From Macrostomum hystrix (taxonomy: Eukaryota > Animalia > Platyhelminthes), in NCBI GenBank assembly GCA_950097015.1, contig CATNEN010000010.1:1240001-1304000 (forward strand): DNA of 64,000 nucleotides, written 5' to 3'. Both the position numbers and the translations under genes were made by a program. This document shows, piece after piece, positions 11,609 through 22,919 of the stretch (position 1 is its first letter; the number at the start of each line of letters is the position of its first letter). The notes under the pieces were generated by a model that did no database searches, was not told the origin of the DNA, and saw nothing but the letters and a program-made list of their open reading frames with translations.

Positions 11609-12694
11609 TCAGCTGCCGCATCCTCTGCGGCGTTGGAAGGCCCTCCGAACTCCGCCGCGAATGCCTCGGTTGAAAGCCAGGGTGATGCAGGGCACGGCAG
11701 CGGAGTTCACGTACAGTATGTAGTAGACGCTGATCTCCAGGTGTGCCAGGCCCATGTTGTCCAGGACCATTGGGACCAGACTCAGGAACTGCACCAGATT
11801 GCCTACTATCAGTGCTAGCAGTGGCCTAAGCATTTGCTGCTCACTGGCCTGCTGCTGCTGCTGCTGCTCCTTCTCGCTGCTGTTCGAGGCGCATGGCGCG
11901 GGCGCCGGCCTCCGGGCTCTCTGGCGCCACCGGCCAATCAGCAGAGCCCCGGTGCCCAGGTAGCTAGCCAGCGACACGGCGTAGTTGATGACAGCCAGAA
12001 CCGCCTTCACCAGAGCATTCGTGCCCCGGTGGCTAGTCAGCAGGAGGCAAACCGCTTCGTCGTTGCCACCCAGCTGGGCCAGCCCGACCATCAGCCAGGC
12101 CTGCAGGCCGGCCTCGCCAACGATGGCGATCGCAGCCACGCTGGCGGCCAGGCCGCGAGCCGCCTCCAGACTCCAGCGCCGGCTGAGCGGCGCCGCCACG
12201 GCCAGCAGGCGGTCGAAGGCCAGCAGGCAGTAGGCGTTGACTTCTAGGCCGACTGTCACATCGCGCAGGCTGGTGAGAAACTTCGGCAGCGAGTAGCCGC
12301 GGTTCAGGTAGACATTCTCGTCCTCGGAGGTCCAGCCGGGCCAGACTGGGCTGGAGCCGGAGGTTCTGTTGTGATAGCCGACGCCCAGGTAGAACAGCAT
12401 GAGCACCAGGACACCGCCGGCCAGCAGCTCGTAACTGCTCAGCAACAGCGTCAGGAAGCGGAATGTCCGCCTGGCGCCCGCCTGGAAGCCGCCGCCGACG
12501 GTGACCGCGGCGATGATGAGCGAGTTGCCCAGGATGGCGGACAGGGCCAGGCAGGCATAAATGACGAAGAAGTGCGCGCCAGTGGCAAGTCTAGGCTGGT
12601 ACAGCTCGATGAAGAAGGCGCAGTGATGGCCCTCCTGAACTGTTGCATTGGTGAACTGGGATGTGTTTGTTGTGGTCGCCTCTGTTGTTGTCAT
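11609..12694 (-). CDS. Orphan rhodopsin-class (class A) GPCR, 361 aa, intronless
   Basis: N-terminal sequons NTS/NAT, seven hydrophobic segments, TM1 GNSLII, TM3 end FDRLLAV..P, polyQ third loop, TM7 NSAAVPC. Confidence 0.85.
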   Translation of the reverse strand: MTTTEATTTNTSQFTNATVQEGHHCAFFIELYQPRLATGAHFFVIYACLALSAILGNSLIIAAVTVGGGFQAGARRTFRFLTLLLSSYELLAGGVLVLMLFYLGVGYHNRTSGSSPVWPGWTSEDENVYLNRGYSLPKFLTSLRDVTVGLEVNAYCLLAFDRLLAVAAPLSRRWSLEAARGLAASVAAIAIVGEAGLQAWLMVGLAQLGGNDEAVCLLLTSHRGTNALVKAVLAVINYAVSLASYLGTGALLIGRWRQRARRPAPAPCASNSSEKEQQQQQQASEQQMLRPLLALIVGNLVQFLSLVPMVLDNMGLAHLEISVYYILYVNSAAVPCITLAFNRGIRGGVRRAFQRRRGCGS

Positions 12695-12760
12695 GGCGAC
12701 CGCTAAAAGTTCAGAGTTGAAGCTTCATTATTTAAGTTGCTACGATTTTACAGCTGTGTC

Positions 12761-12836
12761 TACAGCTGTTACAGTCCATGGACTGGGGACGCCACACCCC
12801 CTCAATTACCCCAGCTAATGCAGGTACCCATTTAAC
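12761..12836 (-). mobile_element. Inverted 3' tail of SINE family A
   Basis: 76 bp that are the near-perfect reverse complement of 12996..13071. Confidence 0.85.
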
Positions 12837-12871
12837 CTGCATTAGCCAGCTAAACCTACAAACTTCAACCA

Positions 12872-13071
12872 GGGAGGTTGTAGCCTTGCGGTTAAAGCAT
12901 CGAACTAACGACTTGAAGGTCGGGGTTCGATTCCTGACTCCACTGGAACAATTTGTGTCCTTTTGCAAGACACTTAACTCTGCATTGCTACAGCTGTTGA
13001 ATGGGTACCAGCATTAGCTGGGGTAATTGAGGGGGTGTGGCGTCCCCCAGTCCGTGGACTGAACAGCTGTA
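12872..13071 (+). mobile_element. tRNA-derived SINE family A with CORE-like domain
   Basis: A box TAGCCTTGCGGTTAA, B box GGTTCGATTCC (12924), then TGTGTCCTTTTGCAAGACACTTAACTC resembling the CORE domain; near-full second copy at 31583..31797. Confidence 0.75.
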
Positions 13072-14239
13072 CGCAGCCGTTGGCTGCACATGTCTCAACT
13101 GGGGCAGGTGTAATTAAGAATAATAAAAATTATTTTTACTGAAGGACAGAAGCTAATCCAGTGGAGCGGGAATGGAACCTCCGACCTTTAAGTTTTGTTC
13201 CTAGGGTACAACCCTCGCAACCCCATACTCTTTTAAATGTTGCATAGCAGGGTGGCCTACATAATTTTTCCTGCAATGGCCCGCCAGGATTTTAACTTAC
13301 TTGGATTATTGCCTTGCAGTTACTAAACTTGATTTTGAGAATACGCGGACTAGGTTGATCCCTGTTTAGACTTGAGTCTAAGCTCAAAAAAGAGATTAGA
13401 AAAAATAAAGTTTCTAAAGAAATCGATAGTGGAATAGTTTTTATAAATCTCTGCTCAGGGGAGAAGCGGCAGTGGAAGCTTCCCTATTGGACGATGAGCT
13501 CCCTATGCTCAACTGATCTCGTTGGAGAAGGGCGGCTATGGTGGCCCGCGCACTTTGAGTCCATGCCGCTTTATTAACAAACACCCGGCCGTTTGCGGGT
13601 CACGCCACTACTCACAGATACCGGCTCGCGGTGTAGCCCCAGATTTCTCGATGCTGAAGATGGCGCCATTGAACATTGCTGTGACTTGCGGACTCTTATC
13701 TGAAAATACTCAACATTTGAGCATAGGATTGAGCAACGAGCCGACTGAAAATACTCAATATTTGAGTATAGAGTTAAGGAGACAAATTATTCCAGTGATT
13801 ATCACCAGGCTACATGAAGGCTAGATGTGCAGCATGTATTATACTCGTAGCTAGATGCAGCAGTGCTTTCTCAAAACAACTGCTCAAAATTCCAAGACAA
13901 TTCCAAGTCCCCAACAAGAGACTGCAGAACATCCTGTGAGAGCCATTGAGAGTGCGCCCATTGTTTAGAGCGAATCGATGCCTCCCAATTGAGATCTGGA
14001 GCGCAGAAACACAGGAGCATAGACCTCTCTTCCACTGATAAGGAAGTGCCAAAGCTGCCAAAGCATAGAATTCTAGATTATATGGAAGTGATAGCTTTTT
14101 GGGAGCTTTACATAACCGGGTCAACTTGAAAATACAGGAATAGATGATTCCGAAAAAAATATTCTTCCTCTTAAAGCAGTAAAGCAGTTGTAAAATGGGA
14201 TGCTGATGCTCACAATGCGTTTGCATTCACAGGTCCGAT

Positions 14240-15200
14240 AGATCCTCAAATATAATTGAGCATGCTGACTCGAGCAGAACGGTGTGCCGATGTCGTGAAT
14301 TAAGAAACCTGTCACTACCCTGAAGCTTTGAAATTATCTTCCAGGCTTCCTTGCAGACGGAAAATGAAAGTTCAGACGGCTCAGTCAAGCCACCACAATT
14401 GATCTGTCGCAGGAACGTGAAGTGACCAAGTTCTCTGCTTGCGAATCAGGAGCAGCAACCACAACAGCTCGGCACAAGACGGACAGTCCTTTTGCGCTGC
14501 AATGGACTTTTTAAACTTTCCTGTGACGTAAAATGTTACTGCGTCATCGCCTTGATTCTGTCCGCTCACTCAAGTTGAGTTCGCTCATCGTGGACTTTGT
14601 GCGAACAACATTACAATCGGAATTTCTCACCGTCGATGAAGCAAAGTGTTGATGGAGTTGGTTTCAACAGGATACAAAGTCAGCGGGCATCAAGTTGCTA
14701 TCTACCTGCACCTAAATTTCAGTCAGTGAGCTGATTCTGCCAGATGTTAGGAAGTCCTGCGCTGCATGGTCATTCGCTCTTGATCGGCTTGCAGCCTTTT
14801 CTCGGCAGTGACGGAAATTCCTCGGGCTTGAGGTAACTGGCGGCAGCAGACGTTCTGGAAGCTCCGGGAAAACGGAGGGAACTGCTCTCCTTTGAAGTAT
14901 TCTCCTCCGTAGCAGCTGACCCTCTCTATCACGCTTGTGAGTAGAGTTACAGTGCTGTGACACACAGACGAAGTCTGCGTCGGTAAAGTGCTTCAAGCAG
15001 AGACGAGACTCCTTGGTGGGAATATAGTCCTCACGCCGGTTGCATCGCAGTCATTCTTGGAGTAGCTCTGGTTGTTGCAGTGGAAATTCATGGAATGGAA
15101 ACTCTGGCGTCCAATGTACTTTCAGACGATGCAGAAGCATCTTTGCTGGGATAGCCAGAACGGCAAGCAATGTGTTTCTTGATTCTTATACGATCGTATC
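14240..15200 (-). mobile_element. THAP-domain / P-element-like (THAP9) transposase remnant, internally deleted
   Basis: Across frames: CRSGY...FHEFP...*LRCNRREDYIPTKESRLCLKHF...AVPSVF (THAP C2CH); 14381..14569 FYVTG...CPSC resembles the P-transposase C-terminal YxxG..CxxC motif; catalytic core missing. Confidence 0.7.
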
Positions 15201-15485
15201 TTGTCATTATGACCAAGACCTTTGCACAAAGAACTGTACAATCCCTCCTCCCATACCACCCTTCCATTCACAGAATATGATTTAGTACACTCGTACATGT
15301 ATATACAAAACCATGGCCCTTATCTCAACTTAGGATTTCAATTTCGTAAACCTCCTAGACCATTTGTGCACAGCTAACACTCATTGAGGCAACATTCAAA
15401 TTATAATGTTAACATTTAAATTATGACCACTATTATCCTCACAAATCAGTTCTATATTCACCTAAATTTCAAACAATCGGACCTA

Positions 15486-16180
15486 AGGAAACCTAATAAA
15501 CCTTAGGGAAAACTAAGAAAATGTAGGGAAACCTAAGGAAATGTAGGGAAAACTAAGAAAATGTATGGAAACCTAAGAAAATGTAGGGAAAACTAAGAAA
15601 ATGTAGGGAAAACTAAGAAAATGTAGGGAAAACTAAGAAAATGTATGGAAACCTAAGAAAATGTAGGGAAAACTAAGAAAATGTAGGGAAAACTAAGAAA
15701 ATGTAGGGAAAACTAAGAAAATGTAGGGAAAACTAAGAAAATGTAGGGAAAACTAAGGAAATGTAGGGAAAACTAATAAAATGTAGGGAAAACTAAGAAA
15801 ATGTAGGGAAAACTAAGAAAATGTAGGGAAAACTAAGAAAATGTAGGGAAAACTAAGAAAATGTAGGGAAACCTAAGAAAATGTAGGGAAAACTAAGAAA
15901 ATGTAGGGAAAACTAAAAAAATGTAGGGAAACCTAAGGAACTGTAGGGAAAACTAAGGAAATGTAGGGAAAACTAAGGAAATGTAGGGAAAACTAAGGAA
16001 ATGTAGGGAAAACTAAGAAAATGTAGGGAAAACTAAGAAAATGTATGGAAACCTAAGAAAATGTAGGGAAAACTAAGAAAATGTAGGGAAAACTAAGAAA
16101 ATGTAGGGAAACCTAAGGAACTGTAGGGAAAACTAAGGAAATGTAGGGAAAACTAAGGAAATGTAGGGAAACCTAAGAAA
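15486..16180. repeat. 20-bp minisatellite, ~34 copies (TAGGGAAAACTAAGAAAATG)
   Basis: Direct period 20. Confidence 0.95.
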
Positions 16181-16226
16181 CAATTTCGGAACTTAAAAAA
16201 CCTGAAGAAAAGCTACGAGTAAGAAA

Positions 16227-16493
16227 CAAGGACCACTCGGAGAAAATGGTCGGGTCACTTTGTTTCTTGGAAATTTTATTAAAGGCTGATTTTCACGCAA
16301 AATGCACTAGCGAAATAGGAATAGAAATAGAAATACATTTTTTCTCATCTGCTTCCAATAAAAATCTATCAACTTTTTAATATGCAAAATTTGAAAAGTT
16401 CCTATCTCGCTTGTGCATTCTTGCGTGAAAATCTGCCTTCAATAAATTTTCCAAGAAACGAAGTGTCCCATCTTCTCCTTCTAGTGGTCCTTG
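16227..16493. mobile_element. 267-bp MITE with ~95-bp TIRs and 8-bp TSD
   Basis: Termini CAAGGACCACT...AGTGGTCCTTG; GTAAGAAA duplicated at 16219..16226 and 16494..16501. Confidence 0.9.
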
Positions 16494-16729
16494 GTAAGAA
16501 ACCTCAGGGAGACCAAAAAGACTTGGGCAATTCTAATTTTCCAAACTAGAGCTATCATATGTACGCATCATTTATTGCTATCATATCATATATCTATGTC
16601 CAAAGAGCAACCAAATTAAAACTGAAGGCTTATAATTTTGGCGTCTATAGCTTAGCTTAGTTTAACCAGCGAAAAATAGATAACAAGCCTCTCTGACAAC
16701 TCTGGCAGCCCTTGAACATCCGCGTCTCC

Positions 16730-18279
16730 ATGGCAACAAAGACCGTCACAAATCGTGTGCTGAATCCTGAAGAGCTGCACCTCAGCATTAATGTGAATCA
16801 TGAACTGTATTTCACTCTGCTGAAGGACTCTGAGAGTCCAGGTGGACCCGCGAACCTTGACGACGTTGAAGCCGACAGTCCGGATGCCCCGATTGGCTCC
16901 CGCTTGGAAGGTGAGGCAATGAAACTTAAGAACATTGAAGTCTTCATTCTATCGAATCCTGAAGGCATTGGTGTGTGGTCCAACCCTCATTCTATCGAAT
17001 CCTGAAGGCATTGGTGTGTGGTCCAACCCTCATTCTATCGAATCCTGAAGGCATTGGTGTGTGGTCCAACCCTCATTCTATCGAATCATGAAGGCATTGG
17101 TGTGTGGTCCAACCCTCATTCTATCGAATCCTGAAGGCATTGGTGTGTGGTCCAACCCTCACTCTATCGAATCCTGAAGGCATTGGTGTGTGGTCCAACC
17201 CTCACTCTATCGAATCCTGAAGGCATTGGTGTGTGGTCCAACCCTCACTCTATCGAATCCTGAAGGCATTGGTGGGCAGGCCTCACGCTGCCACAAGAGC
17301 TTGAGCCGGAGCAACTCAGGTACGTCTGCGCTGTCGCCTTTCCTGCACAGCGAAGACCTGCAGTCGGACCGTCCGCCCTTTGAAGGCGACAAAAACAGCC
17401 AGGCCTACTTCCGGCGGATGCTGCAGGCTCCCGAGTTTGCTCGCCATCGCCTCCTGCTCGCCGTGGAGCCGAGGAAAATGTTGCCGCGGCACCGGTGGAT
17501 CCTCGCCGATCCGGACTCGTTAGACAGCGAAAGCTGCCGCGGTCCGCCGCCTCTGATGACGGACTTTTGCGTCCCTTTTAGTCGGGAGCTGCTGCAGAAG
17601 CTGAAGGTCAACCGCGAGTTGCTGCAGTTAATCGCTGACAGGACCTGCAGTCTGATCTACATCAGGAAGACGCTGCTGCTGCGCGAATTCAGCCGGACTA
17701 AAACCTGGGCCAAATACCTGATGTGCCGCATTTTTTGCTTCAAAGAGCCACTGCTCAACAGGTGAGCTCAGTCGCGCGGTGTTGATGCTTAGCGAAGCAT
17801 TCTCAGAGAAGTTTGCTCAGACTGGGCTGGCCAAATTGTCGGCGCAGTTGCCAATAAAGTGAGCTTTGTTGTCTTAGAGCTTGTTCATCGAAGTGCTTGC
17901 TGTTTCTGTACTTTTGCCGGTAGCTTCGTATTAGGCTGATTAGGTAGCAGAGCTCCGAGCTACGGAATGCACCTAAGGCACCGCCCACTCTACACTGCCA
18001 TCCAGGTGCTTCCACCTGCTTGAGCAGTTCGATGTGGCCTTCCAAACGCGCCACTCCTGCCAGCAAGACCGGCCCCGCGTCACCCTAGTGCCGAACCAGT
18101 CCGTGCCGGAGAATACGGCGCTGCAGCTCAGACGCCAGCGACTGGGGAAGTACAGCAACTACTTTGACAAGATGCCACTGCTGCCGGGACAGCACCTGAG
18201 CAGCCTGGCAGCCAGACTCAGCAGCAAATGCCTGAACGAGCGCTCCCTGCTGGCCCAGCTGGTCGTCATTGAGAACTAA
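16730..18279 (+). CDS. Unknown protein, ~340 aa, 3 exons (16730-16970, 17266-17761, 18006-18279)
   Basis: Kozak ATG 16730; frame restored across the 43-bp array; GTGAGC donor at 17762 and CCAG acceptor at 18005 join in phase (LLNR/CFHLLEQF); GC-rich codons; no family recognised. Confidence 0.55.
16945..17273. repeat. 43-bp minisatellite, ~7.7 copies, inside a coding region
   Basis: GAATCCTGAAGGCATTGG recurs at 16954, 16997, 17040, 17083, 17126, 17169, 17212, 17255. Confidence 0.95.
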
Positions 18280-18889
18280 CTTTGCAGTCCCGACTTGTAC
18301 CAATATTCCTGAAACTCTGACTGAATTATACAGCTCTGCTTTACTCAGGAACACTTAATTATTGCAGCCTCATCCAGGTATTCCGTAAATGGCCAAGCAT
18401 AAGAAAAGTCTTAAAAAGTCTTAAAAGTATTGGTCTCTTTCTGCAAGAACTCTTAAAGCAAGCATGACATCAGTTTTCGATAAAATACAGATACCTCGCG
18501 CAGATGTGTTTCAATATTTGGCAACGATGTGGCTCGCAGATATAGACACACACTGACCCGGATGCGGCTATGAAAGGACTGATGTCACACTCTAAGATGG
18601 GCCTTTGCTGGGAATTTATCAGTTGAAAACATCAGTCAGGTATGGGCTTGCCTCATTACCGCATTTATAATGCTTATGTCATACTACTGTCCTGAGTAGT
18701 GGGTTCGCGATAGACCTGCTTCTCACTACTCCTCCCCTCCTACGCTGACCAACTGCCCTATTGGGCAGTTCAGCTGTTCGCGGCTTCAAAGATAAGAGTA
18801 GAGGCCTTAAAAGCGCGAACTCCGCTAGCCAGAGCAGTGAGATAAGAAGTGGCCTCCAATAATTGAGGGCCTGTCAAAGTTTTTAAGTC

Positions 18890-21800
18890 ATGCTTATCTT
18901 TGTGCATTCTGTCTGGGCTACAGTCATTTTGGTTGTAAACTGTGAGGTGAGCTCCGTTTTTTCACTTCAAAAGTTTCTTTATAAGTTTTCTTATGAGTAC
19001 TTGAGTTACCTAGAATATCAACAGGCGCCTCATTCAGTTGGGCGCTGGCCCCATCTATCGTGTGGTTTGTGCGAACCATTGCAACCAAGGGGGTGAGCGG
19101 TTAACACGTTTGCCTCTCGCAGCAAGGTCACTGAGCTCGATTCAGCGAGGTGGCCACATTCATCCGGGGCGCTGCCCCGGCGGAGAGAAGGCTTGTCATG
19201 CAATTTACGCCCTTAAGGGCCAACCTAAAAGGCACACTGAAAGTGTACACTGCCTGAGGATGCGAAAGTCAGGGCAGATGTACACACCTGTGTGCGTGTG
19301 TGCTCACGAGTCAGCGAAATGGACAGAATTGCCTCCTCGCTGGCTGCAGGTCTAGTGTCACCAAATTATGTGCCATTGCCTGCAGACCTGCTGAAATTCT
19401 TATTATAGCAACCATAGCAACCATAGTGACCATAGCAACCTTAACAAACATAGCAAAAACCGGGTGTTCCATTTGCAAACTAATAAATTATAAGACCAAA
19501 TATTCCGGTACTGCGAAGGGGATGTAACAGTGGGTACTGCCCGCCCCACCTGACAACTCTAGCTCACTGCCGGCAGTGCACCGCCAGCCAGCCTCGGACA
19601 CAGCTGCAGCGCAGCCAGTGACGACCAGCAGTGGAGCTGGGTGAGCCTGAGCCTGGCCCTGCCGCAGCCGCTGCACGAGCTCAAATGTGAGAACGTCAGT
19701 GCGCTCACCGGACTAGTTGAAATGCGATACGCAGAGACACGTTGGGTGAGCACAAATCTCTGCTGCAATCAGAGGCGGCAGCAGGGCCTGGTCCACATGA
19801 AACTCTGGCGACAGGGCCTGGCGGTGCAGGACGAAGTCTTTGTGAACTCGGTTCGCTTCGACTTCCAGAGAGGCGGCGGTGTCTCACTGTGGCTGTACTT
19901 CTCATTCGAAGGAAATCTAAGTGAGGAAACGAGAGCTTGTGTTGCGATTTCAAATGGCTAAAACTGTTTGGCACCCTCGTCAACCAGAAAAATAATGCTC
20001 GGAACTATCGATAGAATTGATGGGAAAATTGAAAGCGGAGTGATTTGACGATTTTTCAGTCGCCTCGCTTAGGGACGGCTGCCATGTCTATAATTCGGGA
20101 AATGAGAGTGGGAAATTATACTATTGGAATGATGTTCGTGTGTCATTTGAATTGTTAATTACTTGTGAATCAACTACAAAAATAAGCTGCTTGTCTTAAT
20201 TTGCAGCACTGGAATGCAATGTACAAATACGTGCATCTCTTGCACATTATTGGGTCAATGATTGACAGCTTAGGTACGTGTATAGCTAGGGCGGCTGTAC
20301 ATGGATGTATTGTAATTTGTTATACCGTGCAGACGTACCGTGGTACAGTGGTATTTGGTAGGTGACTCGCTAGAGCTTTTGCGATTATCAAACATTTAAA
20401 CTATAGTACATACGAGCTAGAATGGACCAGGCATTATGGCGGGCCGCGCCCCGAAGCACTCAGTATTTCACAAGTTGTCCTCCGTCAAAATCTCCAGATT
20501 GCATGCGACGCCAGCGCAACGGGTATCACCGCCGCCCCGCTGCTATAGTCATCGCCAGCGAGGCCACCCTTGGCATCGTCCGTTGGCAGCTGCTGGTTGA
20601 GTCGCTCGACGAAGTCAAGGAATTCAATTTGAAATTATTTGCTAATGGAATCTCTGAATCGTTAGACGAAAAAAATGTGAGTGATGATGATGTTTAAATA
20701 TTAGTTAATGCGAACAGTCGGTATAGATAGGCAGTAAATTGGGGTACAGCTCCACATCGTGCAAAGTTGCGATGCCTGCGCCTATCACGCGGGCGCTGCG
20801 TGAATAACATTGATGCTAAAAATAGCACAAATCATGTGACAGTTAAGCAGCGAAATTTAAGCGATTTTGGAAAATATAGAGACTTCGTACTGCAGCAATG
20901 TGACATAAAAAGCGATGTCCCGCTTTTTCAGTTCTCACTAATATCAGACTCCACGAAATCAGTAAGTTGGTGGCGAGCCGACCTCACCAAGTTCAACAAC
21001 ATTCGAAGAGGCGACTTAGAAATGGTAGGCTTGGTTGTAAACATTTAGAAAACTATTTCTATTGCTCTCTGATATTACAGGTGAATCAAACCAATTCCAG
21101 GTGCAATATTTTATTAAAGGAAGGATTAGTGCCTCACTATGTAAGTTATCTCTCCTGAATCATTGCTTTGAGAACGGGCACATCATTTAGTGATAGTAGA
21201 CCTGCAGCCAGCGAGGATGCAATTCTGCCCAATATGGCGACTCCTGAGCACACACGCACACACACACAGGCACACACGCAGATAGAGATTCCGGACGCGG
21301 GTACAGACTCACACAGGGGTGAACATCTGTCGTAACTTTTTTATCGTCTGGCAGCATACAGTCTCAAGGGCTTCAGTGGCACAACAAGCCCCAAAGCCTA
21401 ATGCTTCGTATAAAGAGAAAAACGGATAAATAAAACATTCAGTTCTTAGTCTTGCGAAGAAAAACGGATATCTCACAATGATCTTTTCACGCCCAGTCAA
21501 CAGAAACGACATGAGCCCACTGAAGCAGAGCGAAATCGTCTCTGGGAATTGCTCAGAAACCGACTTGAGAGGCAGTGTTGCTGGCGTCGGCAACCTGTTC
21601 GACCCGTGGCTGCTGGGCTGCCTGTGCGCGCTGCTGGCAACGGTGTCGCTAGCGGGGCTCAGTAAGGAGCTTGAGTCATATGTGCCGTGTGCTAGAAATA
21701 TTTTAACAGTTCGAACAGAACTCCCTCCCGCTTGACAGTAGAACTACCAAGCCATTTTGCCGCCCGTTCTTTCACCAAGGGCAGGATACTTTTTGCGCTG

Positions 21801-22775
21801 CACCCGAACGGAGCAACGCGAGCACACGAGACTCAAGAACTCGGGCCAACTTTTTGTTTCGCAAAGTTTAATTAATTAATTATTTAATTTATTTAATTTA
21901 TTTAATTTAATTAAGCATGTCACCCAAATGTGCCTGCATCATCTCCGACTTCGGTAGTCACTGACTTTTATCTAGACGAAGCTGCTGGACAAGGCCTAGC
22001 AAGGCCGCACTGAGGCGCAGTGCAAGTTTGTATTTAGGGGGTATGAAATACAGTAGCTTTTGTGGGAAAAATTTACCTTCGGCCAGAACCGTTGAATATC
22101 TTGACAGTCTGAAAGGCTGGCGACTTGATTAATGTTTCAGAAAATGCGGAACAAAAAGTTGGCCCCTGTTCTTGAGTTTGTGTGCTCGCGTTGCTCCGTT
22201 CGGATGCAGCGCAAAAAATGACTGGGGGGGGGGAATTCCCCCTTGGTATTTCTACAGTTCACCTAAACTAATTTGCTGCAGTTGTCTTCAAGAAGGTCAA
22301 CTTCGCCGCTTTATTCCCGAATCGACGGCCGCGCTTTCGCGTGGCTCTCGTCGACTGCGACTGTCTCCAGGCACGGCGAGCGGCCCGCAGCGGCAGCTGG
22401 CTCGGCGTCGTGCGGCGCCACCTGGGCCGGAACGCCGCTGACCCCAATATCCACGTCTTTTCCGGAGCAAATTTTGACGATTTGCGCGATCGCTCGACCA
22501 ACTTTGACCTGGTGGTGATGTGCCTGAGACACGGTCAGCAGCTGACCGAGGCGCAGAGGCAACTGGCTGAGCAAGAGCGCTGGCGATTCCGCGTCCTGAT
22601 GCTGGCGAACGTGCCAGAGGTCGCGGAAGACACTCAGCCGATGCTCCAGCAGCTGGGCAGAGATGGCAGCTGCACCGTCTGTTGCGACGCCAGAGAGGAC
22701 TGGGCGGAGGCGCTGTTCCAGCACGCGAAGTCGGCCTATCTGGAGAAGCTCCGAGCCGACGATGCAGAGAATTGA
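18890..22775 (+). CDS. Orphan type-I transmembrane protein (signal peptide, beta-rich ectodomain, TM, alpha/beta TIR/SEFIR-like tail); exons 18890-18946, 19563-19920, 21497-21661, 22282-22775
   Basis: All three introns are GT-AG and phase-compatible (0,1,1); MLIFVHSVWATVILVVNCE signal; TM WLLGCLCALLATVSLAGLIVF followed by KK. Confidence 0.65.
19088..19386 (+). mobile_element. tRNA-derived SINE family B, copy 2
   Basis: Reverse complement of 11122..11457 with indels; lies in intron 1 of the receptor gene. Confidence 0.7.
21170..21300 (-). mobile_element. SINE family B, partial copy 3
   Basis: GGCACATCATTT...GCAATTCTGCCC...GACTCCTGAGCA shared with 11135..11200. Confidence 0.6.
21774..22247. 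mobile_element. MITE-like element with ~90-bp imperfect TIRs
   Basis: 21790..21865 is the reverse complement of 22145..22218; outer ends ACCAAGGG/CCCTTGGT; no TSD found. Confidence 0.7.
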
Positions 22776-22919
22776 TTAGCAGGCTGAACACACTGCCTGG
22801 GAATTGGGACTTGGGAAAGAAACTGCGCCTGCGTTGGCCTTTGCGTTCAGAAGGAAGGTTGACATTTTCCTCAATTGAAATGATACGAGCGTGTGCCCCG
22901 ACAATAAGCGACTTAGCAT

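Noticed and set aside
11754-12706. Overlapping antisense ORFs in GC-rich exons (also across FKBP6 and Cav2)
   Set aside because: Expected shadows of GC-rich coding sequence on the opposite strand
12872-12946. tRNA gene (also 31583, 19088, 11457)
   Set aside because: A and B boxes present but no acceptor stem or cloverleaf, and each continues into a shared SINE body
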